64,000 nucleotides of DNA from Candidatus Moraniibacteriota bacterium (GCA_016699795.1 CP065011.1:883449-947448); one strand, 5' to 3'; positions 1-10,944 are shown, counted from the first letter of the stretch. Numbers and translations: made by a program. Notes: generated by a model not told the origin, from the letters alone.

Positions 1-63
1 GTAGGATTCGAACCTACGCATGACGGGACCAAAACCCGTTGCCTTACCGCTTGGCTACGGCCC
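1..63 (-). tRNA. tRNA-Gln (anticodon UUG), 3' acceptor strand truncated by the window edge
   Basis: Reverse complement reads GGGCCGUAGCCAAGCGGUAAGGCAACGGG-UUUUGGU-CCCGUCAUGCGUAGGUUCGAAUCCUAC. It shows a 7-nt acceptor 5' strand, D arm, anticodon stem ACGGG/CCCGU with loop UUUUGGU (anticodon UUG), and a GGUUCGAAUCC T-arm. The last ~9 nt lie before position 1. Confidence 0.8.
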
Positions 64-68
64 AAAAT

Positions 69-1754
69 TTATGATGTTTCTACAAGAGAACCCCCAAATA
101 TTTCAAGAGCGTCTGTAAGTGTTTCTTTGGAAGTATTCTTGTATTCAGAATCAGATTTACTTAATCTTTCATACCCAGATTCTTTATCGGTGAGACAGAG
201 AATTATAGCGGGTAATTTTGCAAGTTTAGTAAGTATTGCCTCTGCTGTCAAACGATTCTTTGCATCATTGATTTTATCACGATGAAGAGCGAATGGTGTT
301 GTGAGTATAAGGGTTTTTTCTTCCATCCGAAGGGGAAGTGTATTGGAGAAAAGAAGGGAGAAAGAAATATTTTGCTGCTTTGTTTCCAAAAGAAAATCAC
401 TCCAAACAGAGTGGGCTTTTTCCAAAGAAAAGACTAATTTTTTGGGTAATTCTTCTTTTATCTCAAGAGAATCATCTGTATGTTTTTCCTTCTTACTCTT
501 TTCAATTTCTTTAGGGGTAATTATATTTTTAGAAGGAGTACTTATTTCTGAAGGAATTTCTTTTTTAGGAATTTCTTTTACATCTTCTATTTTTTTGGTA
601 ATTTTTTCTTGTTGGGGTAATGATGTATTCTCTTTTGGGATTTCTTTTTCGAAAGTTTCCTTTGAAAAGTTGGAGGAAGAAATTTTTACAGAGGCTATTT
701 CGAGTGGTAATTGCGTTAAGAAGGAATCCTTTGTTTTTATCTGAGCAATGGAAAGAATTTCTATAACCTCAAGAAGCCTTTCTATATCAGTCTTTTTTAT
801 TATAGTATCGATACATTCACGATACGATGTACCCGGAGAATATTCTGGGTCAATATATTGGGATCCAAGTTTAATATGAAGTGCTTGACGAAAAAAATAA
901 ATAAGATTTTTTAAAAAAACTTCATAGTCCCTTCCTTTTTTTGTGAGATGGTCTATAAGAGAAAGATTTTCAGCACTCGATTTGAAAAAAAGAGCGAAAG
1001 CAAAATCAGATATTATGTGGAAATCGCTAATACCAAATATTTCCTCAATAGCTTCTTTGGTAAAAGATTTCTTTTTTCCTAATGGGATAATTTGAGAAAA
1101 GAGGGATTCAGCATTTCGCATACCTCCTTCGGAAAGAAGGGCGATAACACGAAGAGCTTCTTCCTCAATAGAAACATTTTCTTTTTTTGCAATAAAGGAA
1201 AGTTTTTCAACTATGATATCTGTAAGAATTCGAGAAAATTCAAATTCTTGACAACGAGAACGAACCGTAGGAAGAACTTTGTGAAGTTCCGTGGTCGCAA
1301 GAATAAAAATAATATGCTTAGGAGGTTCTTCTAATATTTTAAGAAGAGCGTTCGAAGCTCCTTTGGAAAGCATATGAACTTCATCAATAATATATATTCT
1401 ATAAAGAGATCCACTCGGAGGAATGGTCATTTCTTTGCGAAGTTCTCGAATGTTTTCTACTCCAGTATATGAGGCGGCATCTATTTCGACTACATTGAGA
1501 GATATGCCTGAATTTATTTCTTTGCAACTCGGACATTCTTGGCAGGGCTCTAAATTTTTAGGATTATGACAATTGAGTATTTTTGCAAAAATTCGAGCAA
1601 GAGAAGTTTTTCCTGTTCCTCTTGGTCCAGTAAAAAGATAGGCATGCCCAATTCGATTTTTTTGTACAGCCAAAGAAAGAGCTTTAACGATATGAACTTG
1701 TCCTTTTACTTCGGAAAATGAAGAGGGTCGGTATTTTTGATAAATATTAGCCAT
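69..1754 (-). CDS. dnaX: DNA polymerase III subunit gamma/tau
   Basis: 561 aa. N-terminal AAA+ clamp-loader motifs (YRPSSFSEVKGQ, GPRGTGKTS Walker A, IDEVHMLS, SRCQ) and a zinc-binding CxxC cluster (CQECPSC). Confidence 0.9.
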   Translation of the reverse strand: MANIYQKYRPSSFSEVKGQVHIVKALSLAVQKNRIGHAYLFTGPRGTGKTSLARIFAKILNCHNPKNLEPCQECPSCKEINSGISLNVVEIDAASYTGVENIRELRKEMTIPPSGSLYRIYIIDEVHMLSKGASNALLKILEEPPKHIIFILATTELHKVLPTVRSRCQEFEFSRILTDIIVEKLSFIAKKENVSIEEEALRVIALLSEGGMRNAESLFSQIIPLGKKKSFTKEAIEEIFGISDFHIISDFAFALFFKSSAENLSLIDHLTKKGRDYEVFLKNLIYFFRQALHIKLGSQYIDPEYSPGTSYRECIDTIIKKTDIERLLEVIEILSIAQIKTKDSFLTQLPLEIASVKISSSNFSKETFEKEIPKENTSLPQQEKITKKIEDVKEIPKKEIPSEISTPSKNIITPKEIEKSKKEKHTDDSLEIKEELPKKLVFSLEKAHSVWSDFLLETKQQNISFSLLFSNTLPLRMEEKTLILTTPFALHRDKINDAKNRLTAEAILTKLAKLPAIILCLTDKESGYERLSKSDSEYKNTSKETLTDALEIFGGSLVETS

Positions 1755-1838
1755 AGAGGGAATGCTTTTTTGGAGAAATCTTTCTCTAGTATACGAGGAA
1801 AGATTTAAAAAGGAAAGATAAAAATATCTTATGCCAAG

Positions 1839-2456
1839 TTATTTTTTGAAAACAAAAAATTTATACCCAAAGAAATTCCAAGAAATAACAGCAATAGATG
1901 CTATCGCAGCTGAAATATTTGCCCAAACTATTGAATTCATTGTCCCACTACCAATAACATTTACCATTAAATGAGAAATACCCACATTGAGAAGCGCTCC
2001 AATAAAACTTACCATAAGGAATTGAGAAAATTCATTTTCCATTTTTTTCGTATTTTTACTTTCAAAAGACCAAAATTTGTTCCAAAAATAACTATTGATT
2101 ACTGCTACAACGAAGGAAATAGCTTTAAATCCTGTAAACCCAATTCCATTTGAAATATGAGATACAAGAATAAGAAGATTGAGTACTCCAAAGTCTATAG
2201 AAAAATTAGCAGCTCCAACAGCTCCAAACTTAGCAAGTTGAAAAAAAAAGTTTGCAATATATCGAGAAAGAAGGTATCCGATCGCAATTCCCAATACTGA
2301 AAATAAGGTAAATCCAATAAGAATAAGAAGAGGATTTTCTGTAAGAGGGGAATTAAAGTTTTTAAGGGTGAAAACGGCCATGAGTCCGAATATACCACCA
2401 TTGATACCTCCAAAAATAAGGTCTTTAAGACTTAGTGGAGAAGTATTTTTTTGCAT
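1839..2456 (-). CDS. GtrA-family polysaccharide-synthesis membrane protein
   Basis: 205 aa with multiple TM helices. The FAKFGAVGAANFSIDFGVLNLL motif is typical of the GtrA-like family. Confidence 0.55.
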   Translation of the reverse strand: MQKNTSPLSLKDLIFGGINGGIFGLMAVFTLKNFNSPLTENPLLILIGFTLFSVLGIAIGYLLSRYIANFFFQLAKFGAVGAANFSIDFGVLNLLILVSHISNGIGFTGFKAISFVVAVINSYFWNKFWSFESKNTKKMENEFSQFLMVSFIGALLNVGISHLMVNVIGSGTMNSIVWANISAAIASIAVISWNFFGYKFFVFKK

Positions 2457-2489
2457 AGTATCGGGAGAATAGAATTGAGAGAAGGTGGA

Positions 2490-3347
2490 TTACTTTTGTT
2501 CGCTATCATTTTCTGGATTTTTTCTTAATTCTTCTTCAATTTTTTCAATATCTTTTTTCCATTCCTCAAGGAGTTCAAGTGAGGAGGTTGTATCAGCGAC
2601 TTCTTCGTCGGTTGTGTTTGTATGAGAATCTGAAGAAAAAGAAATTTCTTCAGCAGAGGAGATTTCTTCCTCTTCATCATCATACACATCTTCTTCTGGT
2701 TCTTTTCGATAGGTTTTATAGGCAGGTTGTGGCTGAGGTTGTTGAGTTTGTTGAAAAATAGGGGAATCTCTGTCGAGAACTATAGGTCGTTCCTTAGCTT
2801 TGGCTACAATATTCTCAATAGCTCCCCAAGAAGAATCAATATCGCGAGGAAGTACTATAGCAGCCTCATCTCCTGGTTCGGCCCGAAAATAAGTAACAGA
2901 TGCAAGAAGAACGCGAAAAGGTCTTCCATTGGCAATTACATAATAATTACCTGTCTCGTCTTGCATAACGATACCTAAAGCATGTCGTCGTTCTACAGGA
3001 CCAACTTGTTTATAGATAAAAGAACCTTCTCCTGTTATAGTAAGTTTTAGGAAGTCACCTTCGACAAGTTTTGATTTAGAAGCATAGTTTGCAGGAACAG
3101 GATATTGTTTTCCATCTGTCCCAAACATAATTTGACCATCAAAAGTTCCTTGAACAATGGTAGTACCATCATCAAAACCTTCTATTTTATGACGTCGGCC
3201 AACTTTTTTCTTTCCTTCTAATTGTAAAAGCATTGCCTTAGCGCTTTGAATAGTTTTTTCTGCGCTCGTAATCATATCCCGAAGAGAATCTATTCTTTGA
3301 GATCGTTGCTGTTCATCTAATTGGGTGGTGTCGTTTGTATTTGTCAT
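2490..3347 (-). CDS. hypothetical protein with N-terminal coiled-coil and acidic low-complexity C-terminal tail
   Basis: 285-aa ORF. Central conserved-looking globular region and an E/D/S-rich tail. No recognisable family motif. Confidence 0.45.
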   Translation of the reverse strand: MTNTNDTTQLDEQQRSQRIDSLRDMITSAEKTIQSAKAMLLQLEGKKKVGRRHKIEGFDDGTTIVQGTFDGQIMFGTDGKQYPVPANYASKSKLVEGDFLKLTITGEGSFIYKQVGPVERRHALGIVMQDETGNYYVIANGRPFRVLLASVTYFRAEPGDEAAIVLPRDIDSSWGAIENIVAKAKERPIVLDRDSPIFQQTQQPQPQPAYKTYRKEPEEDVYDDEEEEISSAEEISFSSDSHTNTTDEEVADTTSSLELLEEWKKDIEKIEEELRKNPENDSEQK

Positions 3348-3879
3348 ACTTTTTTGATTATCAGGCGACGAAAAAACATCGCCGAACTTTTTGTTTTATA
3401 AATTGATTACATTTGAGTATAGCATGCTTTTTTAATTTGGCAAGTTTTTTACAGTTCCTCATTATGCTAATCGAGGAAGGATAAATTTTTTCGGTATTTC
3501 TTATACTATAGTATATACGAGTTTATCGACGAGTATCTTTCAAATAAAATTTTGGAGGTATTTATAGAGAAAGAAACTACTTAATTATAAAAAGAATTTT
3601 TTTAATTTTTTATTTTTACTTTTTAAAATGAAGTGAAAAAATGAAATGAAAAAAAACATAACTATTAATTTTTTATGGCAGATCTTTAGGCACTAGAATA
3701 AATGTATAGAATTTTCCTTTTTATTTAAGGAAAATTAAAAATATTTTTTTTCTATTCTTTATGTTGTATTTTGAAAAGAGAATAAGAAATTATAAAGCAT
3801 AAAAGAGTTCTAATTAAGAAACAAAATATGTATTTTTTTGAGAAAAAAATACGCTTTATTGAAAGATTTGTAGAAGATC

Positions 3880-3907
3880 TTGACAAGTGTTTGAGAGTCT
3901 GTATACT
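3880..3907 (+). promoter_or_regulatory. sigma70-type promoter upstream of 16S rRNA
   Basis: TTGACA (3880-3885), 16-nt spacer, TATACT (3902-3907). Lies in the AT-rich leader about 370 nt upstream of the 16S 5' end. Confidence 0.5.
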
Positions 3908-4279
3908 GGGAAAAGCATTGAAGTAGCGGTCCGACTGGACCCATTTACAACACAAGGTACTTGAGGTGTAAGTATCGAAAAGGAGAACACATGAATTGCG
4001 TATCTATTTATTTTTATTTTAAAAATAAATAAACGAAGTGATGTGTCCTTCTTTTACGAGAAGCGCCTCACGGCGTTTCTTTCTTTTTTGAAGAAAGAAA
4101 TTAGACACAAGAACATTAACAATTTTTATCATCATCACAATTTTGTGCGATTAGTCCCAGAACTTTACTTGAGTCTTTTCAGAGAAGTTAGTCAAGTAAA
4201 GGGAAGGTTCTCTTCGTCTAAGTTTTACTTGGACGTCGTAAACTTTGTTTTTCATAAGATTTTTCTCAAAAATCTTTTT

Positions 4280-5791
<1,512 letters not shown>

Positions 5792-5905
5792 AGGGAGATA
5801 ATGGTGAACACTTACATATTCTTTATTGGGTATGTAAGACCAACCTACGGTCGAGAGAGTCCCGTGGGGCTGGTCGCACAAAGTTGTGATAAACTTTTTT
5901 TGAAA

Positions 5906-5936
5906 AACAGGGAGAAAATCTCTGTTTTTGTTTTTC
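5906..5936 (+). terminator. rho-independent terminator downstream of 16S
   Basis: Hairpin 'aacagggagaaaatctctgtt' followed by 'tttgtttttc'. Confidence 0.55.
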
Positions 5937-5950
5937 TTGAAATATAAAAA

Positions 5951-5976
5951 AAGAAACGAAATAATGTCGTTTCTTT
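5951..5976 (-). terminator. terminator-like hairpin for pyrF (minus strand)
   Basis: 'aagaaacg aaataatgt cgtttctt'. On the minus strand it is followed by a T-run (plus-strand 'aatataaaaaa'). Confidence 0.4.
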
Positions 5977-6015
5977 TAAAAAAAGAACTATACAAAAAGA
6001 GGATTTTTGTTTTTA

Positions 6016-6744
6016 TTATGAAAAAGAGAAATTCGGAATATCTTTAGAGATATCCTCGAGATGTTGCATAGGATCGACCGAGTGAATAATTTCTTGTCCA
6101 ACCATTAAAATGCAATGTTCTCCTCCATTTTGATATATTTTTCGAAGAGAAAGAATTCGATTACTCTGATGAGTTCTTTTATCCGAATAGTTTTCAAAAG
6201 GGACGAGAAGAAGAAAATCCTTTTCAATTCCTGGAATTTTTCGAATACCAAGAATTTCTTTTGGAGGACAGATAATACCCTCAAATTGTGATCGAAATGC
6301 AATTTTGGCAAGGCGTTGAATTTGAATTTCGGTTTTTGGAAGAAATCCAATTTCGTTGAGATCTTGAGGATCTAAATTTGATAAAACCGTTTCGGCTATA
6401 AGAAGAGGCTTAATACTATGCTTCATAGTATTAACATAATTTCTTATAGCATGAAGACCTTTCGTTGAACTGAAAGCACTTACACTTAGCATCCAAATTT
6501 CGAGATGAGACAAAGAATGGATGGCTCTTACCATGGTCTCAGGTATATCATTAAATTTGAGGTCAAGAAATATTTGAAACCCTCTTTTGGTGAGGTGTTT
6601 TATTATATCAGGCCCTGTTCGGACAAAAAGACTCAATCCTATACGAAGACCTATTTGATTGGGATCAATATACATTGCAAAAGCTAAAGCTTGCGTTTGG
6701 GTGTAAAAATGATCAAGATCAACGATGATTTTAGGGTTATTCAC
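6016..6744 (-). CDS. pyrF: orotidine 5'-phosphate decarboxylase
   Basis: 242 aa. IIVDLD near the N-terminus and the FLDLKFNDIPET lysine/aspartate motif are characteristic of OMP decarboxylase. Confidence 0.8.
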   Translation of the reverse strand: MNNPKIIVDLDHFYTQTQALAFAMYIDPNQIGLRIGLSLFVRTGPDIIKHLTKRGFQIFLDLKFNDIPETMVRAIHSLSHLEIWMLSVSAFSSTKGLHAIRNYVNTMKHSIKPLLIAETVLSNLDPQDLNEIGFLPKTEIQIQRLAKIAFRSQFEGIICPPKEILGIRKIPGIEKDFLLLVPFENYSDKRTHQSNRILSLRKIYQNGGEHCILMVGQEIIHSVDPMQHLEDISKDIPNFSFS

Positions 6745-6884
6745 GAGAGTATCTCCCTGCTATTGTTTAAGGAACTTGTATATGCTTTTTTAGCATAATG
6801 ATTACTATAAAGGAATGAACGTATATTGCAAGGTTTTTTTTGGGATGATACTGTTTTAGAATACTATTAAAAAATATAAGAAAT

Positions 6885-7658
6885 ATGTCAAAATATTATA
6901 GAGCAAAAAGGGTAAAAAATCTTTTTGATCCTGAATCGAAAAAACCTTTTAAAATAAGTCGGTCGAAAATTGATCTTTTTTTGAATTGTCAACGATGTTT
7001 TTATCTTGATAGACGTTTGGGAGTGGGAAGACCTCCAGGATTTCCCTTTCAGCTTAATTCTGCAGTAGACCATCTTCTTAAAAAAGAGTTTGATGAACAT
7101 CGAGTTAAAAAATCAATTCATCCTTTAGCTGAAAATTATGAATTAAACCTCATCCCTTTTTCACATGAAAAGATAGATGAATGGAGGGAGAATTTTAAAG
7201 GAGTGCAATTTCTTCATGAAGAAACGAATTTCAAAGTTACTGGAGCAGTAGACGACCTTTGGATAGACGATGCGGGTGTTATTTTTGTTGTAGATTATAA
7301 AGCAACAAGTAAAGTGGGTGAGGTAAATATTAATGCTGAGTGGCAAATTGGATATAAAAGACAGATGGAAATATACCAATGGCTTATGAGAAAGAATGGT
7401 TTTGAAGTTTCTAACACAGGTTATTTCGTCTATTGTAATGGAAAAACTGATAGAAAAGCATTTGATGGGAAATTAGAATTTGATATAAAAATTATTCCTT
7501 ATACGGGAAATGATTCTTGGATAGAAGATGTTCTTTTAGAATCTCATGATTGTCTTATGAGAGGCGTGTTGCCAAAGGCTTCTCGAAATTGCGATTATTG
7601 TGCGTATATAAAAGCTGTAAAGCAATCCGAACAAGAAGATTTTGTAGAATATATTTAA
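6885..7658 (+). CDS. PD-(D/E)XK superfamily nuclease (Cas4/RecB-like) with putative Fe-S cysteine cluster
   Basis: 257 aa. N-terminal CQRC, a VVDYKAT (D-x-K) core and three C-terminal Cys (C...C..C), a layout similar to Cas4/AddB-type nucleases. Confidence 0.55.
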   Translation: MSKYYRAKRVKNLFDPESKKPFKISRSKIDLFLNCQRCFYLDRRLGVGRPPGFPFQLNSAVDHLLKKEFDEHRVKKSIHPLAENYELNLIPFSHEKIDEWRENFKGVQFLHEETNFKVTGAVDDLWIDDAGVIFVVDYKATSKVGEVNINAEWQIGYKRQMEIYQWLMRKNGFEVSNTGYFVYCNGKTDRKAFDGKLEFDIKIIPYTGNDSWIEDVLLESHDCLMRGVLPKASRNCDYCAYIKAVKQSEQEDFVEYI

Positions 7659-7667
7659 TAAAGTTTT

Positions 7668-7691
7668 TCTTAATAAAAAAACTATCTACGT
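7668..7691. terminator. hairpin after nuclease gene
   Basis: 'aaactatct acgttg agatagtt' is an 8-9-bp stem. It has an A-run on the left and only a weak T-run on the right, so it could terminate either strand. Confidence 0.35.
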
Positions 7692-8286
7692 TGAGATAGT
7701 TGTGTGTGGGGTGTTTATAAAATTATTTTTTGAGAGGGAATTCTCGAAGGGTTTGGGTGATGAGAGAGGATGTGAAAATTGAGAATTTTCTTAGAAAATA
7801 ATTTTATGAACGTAAAGAACTATCTCTAGTATAATCTCATTATTTTCCTTGTCAAATATTGCTAAAAATACGAGAAGAAAAAGAAAATCGCCTAGAGAAG
7901 AAATCTTCAGCATAAGCGATTTTTTTTGGGATTACCACCATAGGTAGTGCGCTCCTAACATAAGGTAGGTAGCACTCGCTAAGAGTGCTATGAGTGTGAA
8001 AATCCAAACACAACAAAATTTTTTGTACCTGGACCCTCAGAAAGAACCTTTAAAAGGATAGACATAGTCTCTCTCCTTGTTTTGTTTAAAGAACTTTCAA
8101 CTCCCATATTGTACCATATTTTAATATCTCTGTCAAAATAAAATTCTCTTTATAATCATAAAATAAGCTTTATTTTAAATAAAAAACGTTCTTTTTCGGA
8201 CGGTGCATAACTCACCCTTTACAACTTGACAAAAAGAGAGTAAAACAGTCTTTGTAAGAGGTTCTTTTTAATTAGGAGTACTTCAG

Positions 8287-8715
8287 ATGAAACGTTTGAT
8301 GTTTGATGAATACATGAGGAGTCTTTGGCGGATTCCTGAGGTTCACTTTCTATATCTTATTTTTCTTGCTCAAGACTGGAGAATTTTGAGTCAAGAGAAT
8401 AGGGAATATGCATGGAAGCGACTTGGGAAAGAACCGGAAATTCTTGACCTTGTGGATCAATGGATTGATCATGGTGGGCTTGAGCATTTTCAACGAGCAC
8501 ACCATCGGCTTTACGAACTTGCGAGAGAAAGAATAACTGAATCACATTTTATTCAGTTTCAAGTCTTCTTTACACTCTCGCACATACCTCTCAGAGAGTT
8601 AGCAAAACTTTCTGATGAGAATCCAGATAGTCTTTTCCAGCACTATGAGTGTTGGTTGTCTTCTCAAATGAGAAGAAGATTCTCTGGAATCGTTGCTCAG
8701 TATACTCTGAAGTGA
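8287..8715 (+). CDS. hypothetical protein (GC-rich island gene 1)
   Basis: 142-aa ORF at about 45% GC, versus roughly 30-38% in surrounding genes. No recognisable motif. Confidence 0.5.
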   Translation: MKRLMFDEYMRSLWRIPEVHFLYLIFLAQDWRILSQENREYAWKRLGKEPEILDLVDQWIDHGGLEHFQRAHHRLYELARERITESHFIQFQVFFTLSHIPLRELAKLSDENPDSLFQHYECWLSSQMRRRFSGIVAQYTLK

Positions 8716-9087
8716 GGTGCTAAACTAATGAAAAGCGAAAAAGATATTGAATTCTAAAAGACGGTAAATGTTTTTATACATTCCGTCTTTTTTCTTTTTA
8801 ACAATAGATGGATGAAGTTAAGAAGAATGAGTTTTTAATACAAATTTTTATAAAATATCTAAAGAAAAACAGGTATAACTATTTATTTCAAAGGAAATTC
8901 GGTTATAATTCTTTGATGGTATAAACATTGTTGATATTGACAAAAAAGGTAAAACATTGAAAGATTATATGTTCGAAAGTTCTTTAAGAAGAAAAATTTT
9001 TCGGTCAAATAGACTTGCACGAATCCAATCTGCGAGTCTTGGGGCCGAAAAAAAGGCTAATCTAAAATTTCCTCGGAGATCAGTATC

Positions 9088-9879
9088 ATGAAACTGTTGT
9101 GTACACTTTTTCTTTTCATCTGCAGTATTGCTGTAAATGGAGCAAATGCTAATTCTTTCGATTGGCATTCTACGTCAGCACCTCTATTTCGTGTGGCTGG
9201 AACAGAGTCTTTTGGAGTTATTTCAATCACTTCCAATTTCCCTGTTTCTCACCTTCGAAGAATTCATATGAATGGAGCTGTTATCCAATCGATGGATTTG
9301 GTAAAGGGAGTAAATAATGAGACGAGACCACCGACAGGAACTCCTATTTATGAAGGGGGACGATTTGGTGGAATCTTTGGAAGTCCTGCTATAGGTTCGA
9401 TCTTTATGGGGACAAAGAAGATCGAAGGGGGCGTCGTTTTTTTTGGAGGATGGGCATGTACTTCTCATTGGATATGTACCTACGGAGTATATAAAATTGG
9501 ATGTAAAGATGAAGTTTGTTCTGGATATACACCTGTACAAAAGGTGAGAGAGTATGCAAATCCTGTGAGTACGAGAGAGGCGTGGATAGATCTTTTGACT
9601 CTATCTTCAGACCAAAAAACTTTGGCTTGGCGACGGATAGAGCGAAATAAATCCGATGAAGGAAATCTTGTGACTGAACTTTGGAGAAAAGTTGAGAATG
9701 CAAGTCCTGTAAGGATCGCCGTTAATAATGCCGGAGGAGTTTCTTTGGCAGGAAGTCTTGAAATTTTTCCTGGCGTTAACGGGCAAATAACTATCGTCGC
9801 ACCACCTGGAAATGACACTCTAAATGGAAAAGCGGCCTTGTATTCGACTGCGTATGGATGGCGTGCATTAGCCCCATAA
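9088..9879 (+). CDS. secreted Gly/Cys-rich hypothetical protein (GC-rich island gene 2)
   Basis: 263 aa. N-terminal signal peptide MKLLCTLFLFICSIAVNGANA, a Gly-rich stretch and six Cys. About 46-48% GC. Confidence 0.55.
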   Translation: MKLLCTLFLFICSIAVNGANANSFDWHSTSAPLFRVAGTESFGVISITSNFPVSHLRRIHMNGAVIQSMDLVKGVNNETRPPTGTPIYEGGRFGGIFGSPAIGSIFMGTKKIEGGVVFFGGWACTSHWICTYGVYKIGCKDEVCSGYTPVQKVREYANPVSTREAWIDLLTLSSDQKTLAWRRIERNKSDEGNLVTELWRKVENASPVRIAVNNAGGVSLAGSLEIFPGVNGQITIVAPPGNDTLNGKAALYSTAYGWRALAP

Positions 9880-10026
9880 AGAGAAAGTGTTCCTAATAAC
9901 TCACATTTTTTTCTGTAAAAACAGAATGAATGTGAGTTTTTTTATGGAAAAATTTTCTTTTCATTGGTATTTTTCTTTACTTTTTTATTTTTTATATGGT
10001 ATAGAGAAAGAGTCACTTGCGTGTAA

Positions 10027-10290
10027 GTGGTACCACCAAAGAAATCCAAAAGGGAAGATTTGTCAATGAAAAGATCAAGAAGAGTAATGATGGTTATGTT
10101 TGATAAGATTCCGTGTGTAGTGAAGAAAGTAGGATGGGCGTACCGATCATCACTCACCGTGAAGTTCTTTGATGAAAGTGGAGAGAAAGAAATTTCTCCA
10201 GAGATGAAAATTTCAGTTCAAGGAGAAATCATTGAACATGAAATTCATGAATTATCAGGATGGATGTTTATCGTGTACCATCCTCGATAA
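10027..10290 (+). CDS. small hypothetical protein
   Basis: 87-aa ORF (alternative start MKRSRR at ~10066) followed by a clean intrinsic terminator. Confidence 0.35.
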   Translation: MVPPKKSKREDLSMKRSRRVMMVMFDKIPCVVKKVGWAYRSSLTVKFFDESGEKEISPEMKISVQGEIIEHEIHELSGWMFIVYHPR

Positions 10291-10297
10291 TATTTTA

Positions 10298-10330
10298 TAA
10301 AGCGATCATTTTACATAAGATCGCTTTTTT
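10298..10330 (+). terminator. rho-independent terminator
   Basis: 'aaagcgatc attttacataa gatcgcttt' followed by 'tttt'. Confidence 0.6.
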
Positions 10331-10420
10331 AATTGAAAAAAATACATATATTTGTATAGAAAGATTTTTTGAAAAATGTTTATAAGATGGCTTTAAGTAT
10401 GTATTTTTTTTAAAAATTAT

Positions 10421-10452
10421 TTGACAAAAAATAGTTTATTGGTAAACTATTT
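10421..10452 (+). promoter_or_regulatory. marR promoter with overlapping perfect palindromic operator
   Basis: TTGACA (10421-10426), 16-nt spacer, TAAACT (10443-10448). A 10-4-10 palindrome 'aaatagttta ttgg taaactattt' (10429-10452) spans the spacer and -10. A third half-site 'gaatagttttt' lies ~10 nt downstream. Confidence 0.5.
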
Positions 10453-10482
10453 AAATGGTTGAATAGTTTTTGAAAATGTTCT

Positions 10483-10944
10483 ATGACAAGAAAATTTTTG
10501 TTTTCAGGGGAGACGCTTATTCAGACAGCTCATCGACTAGAAACGCTCGCTGAAAAATGTGTTTTTATTCCTATGAAAATGTCTCTTATAAGCTTTCGAA
10601 TATTAGAAGCTATTGCAAAAGAAGATATTTATATTGCGAGTGATTTGCAAAATTTATTGAAATCGAAAAAATCTAATATTGCGCAAAGGGTACAGATGTT
10701 AGAGAAACGAGGATTTCTTCGTCGAGAACGTTCAAAAGAAGATGGAAGAAAAATTATTCTTTTTATTACGCCAAAAGGGAAGAAAAAAGTTGAAGATGTG
10801 AGAATTCGATTTGAGAAAGCCCGTATTTGTTTGGAAAGTTTTTTTTCTAAAGAAGAATTAGAAAGTGAATTAAAATTTTTTCAGAAATTAAATTCTTTTT
10901 TGGATTTACAAGAAAAGTCATTGAGTAAAATATTTGAGAAATAA
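10483..10944 (+). CDS. MarR-family transcriptional regulator
   Basis: 153 aa. Winged-helix region (LISFRILEAIAKEDIYIASDLQNLL...AQRVQMLEKRGFLRRERSKEDGRKIILFITPKG) is typical of MarR. Confidence 0.7.
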   Translation: MTRKFLFSGETLIQTAHRLETLAEKCVFIPMKMSLISFRILEAIAKEDIYIASDLQNLLKSKKSNIAQRVQMLEKRGFLRRERSKEDGRKIILFITPKGKKKVEDVRIRFEKARICLESFFSKEELESELKFFQKLNSFLDLQEKSLSKIFEK

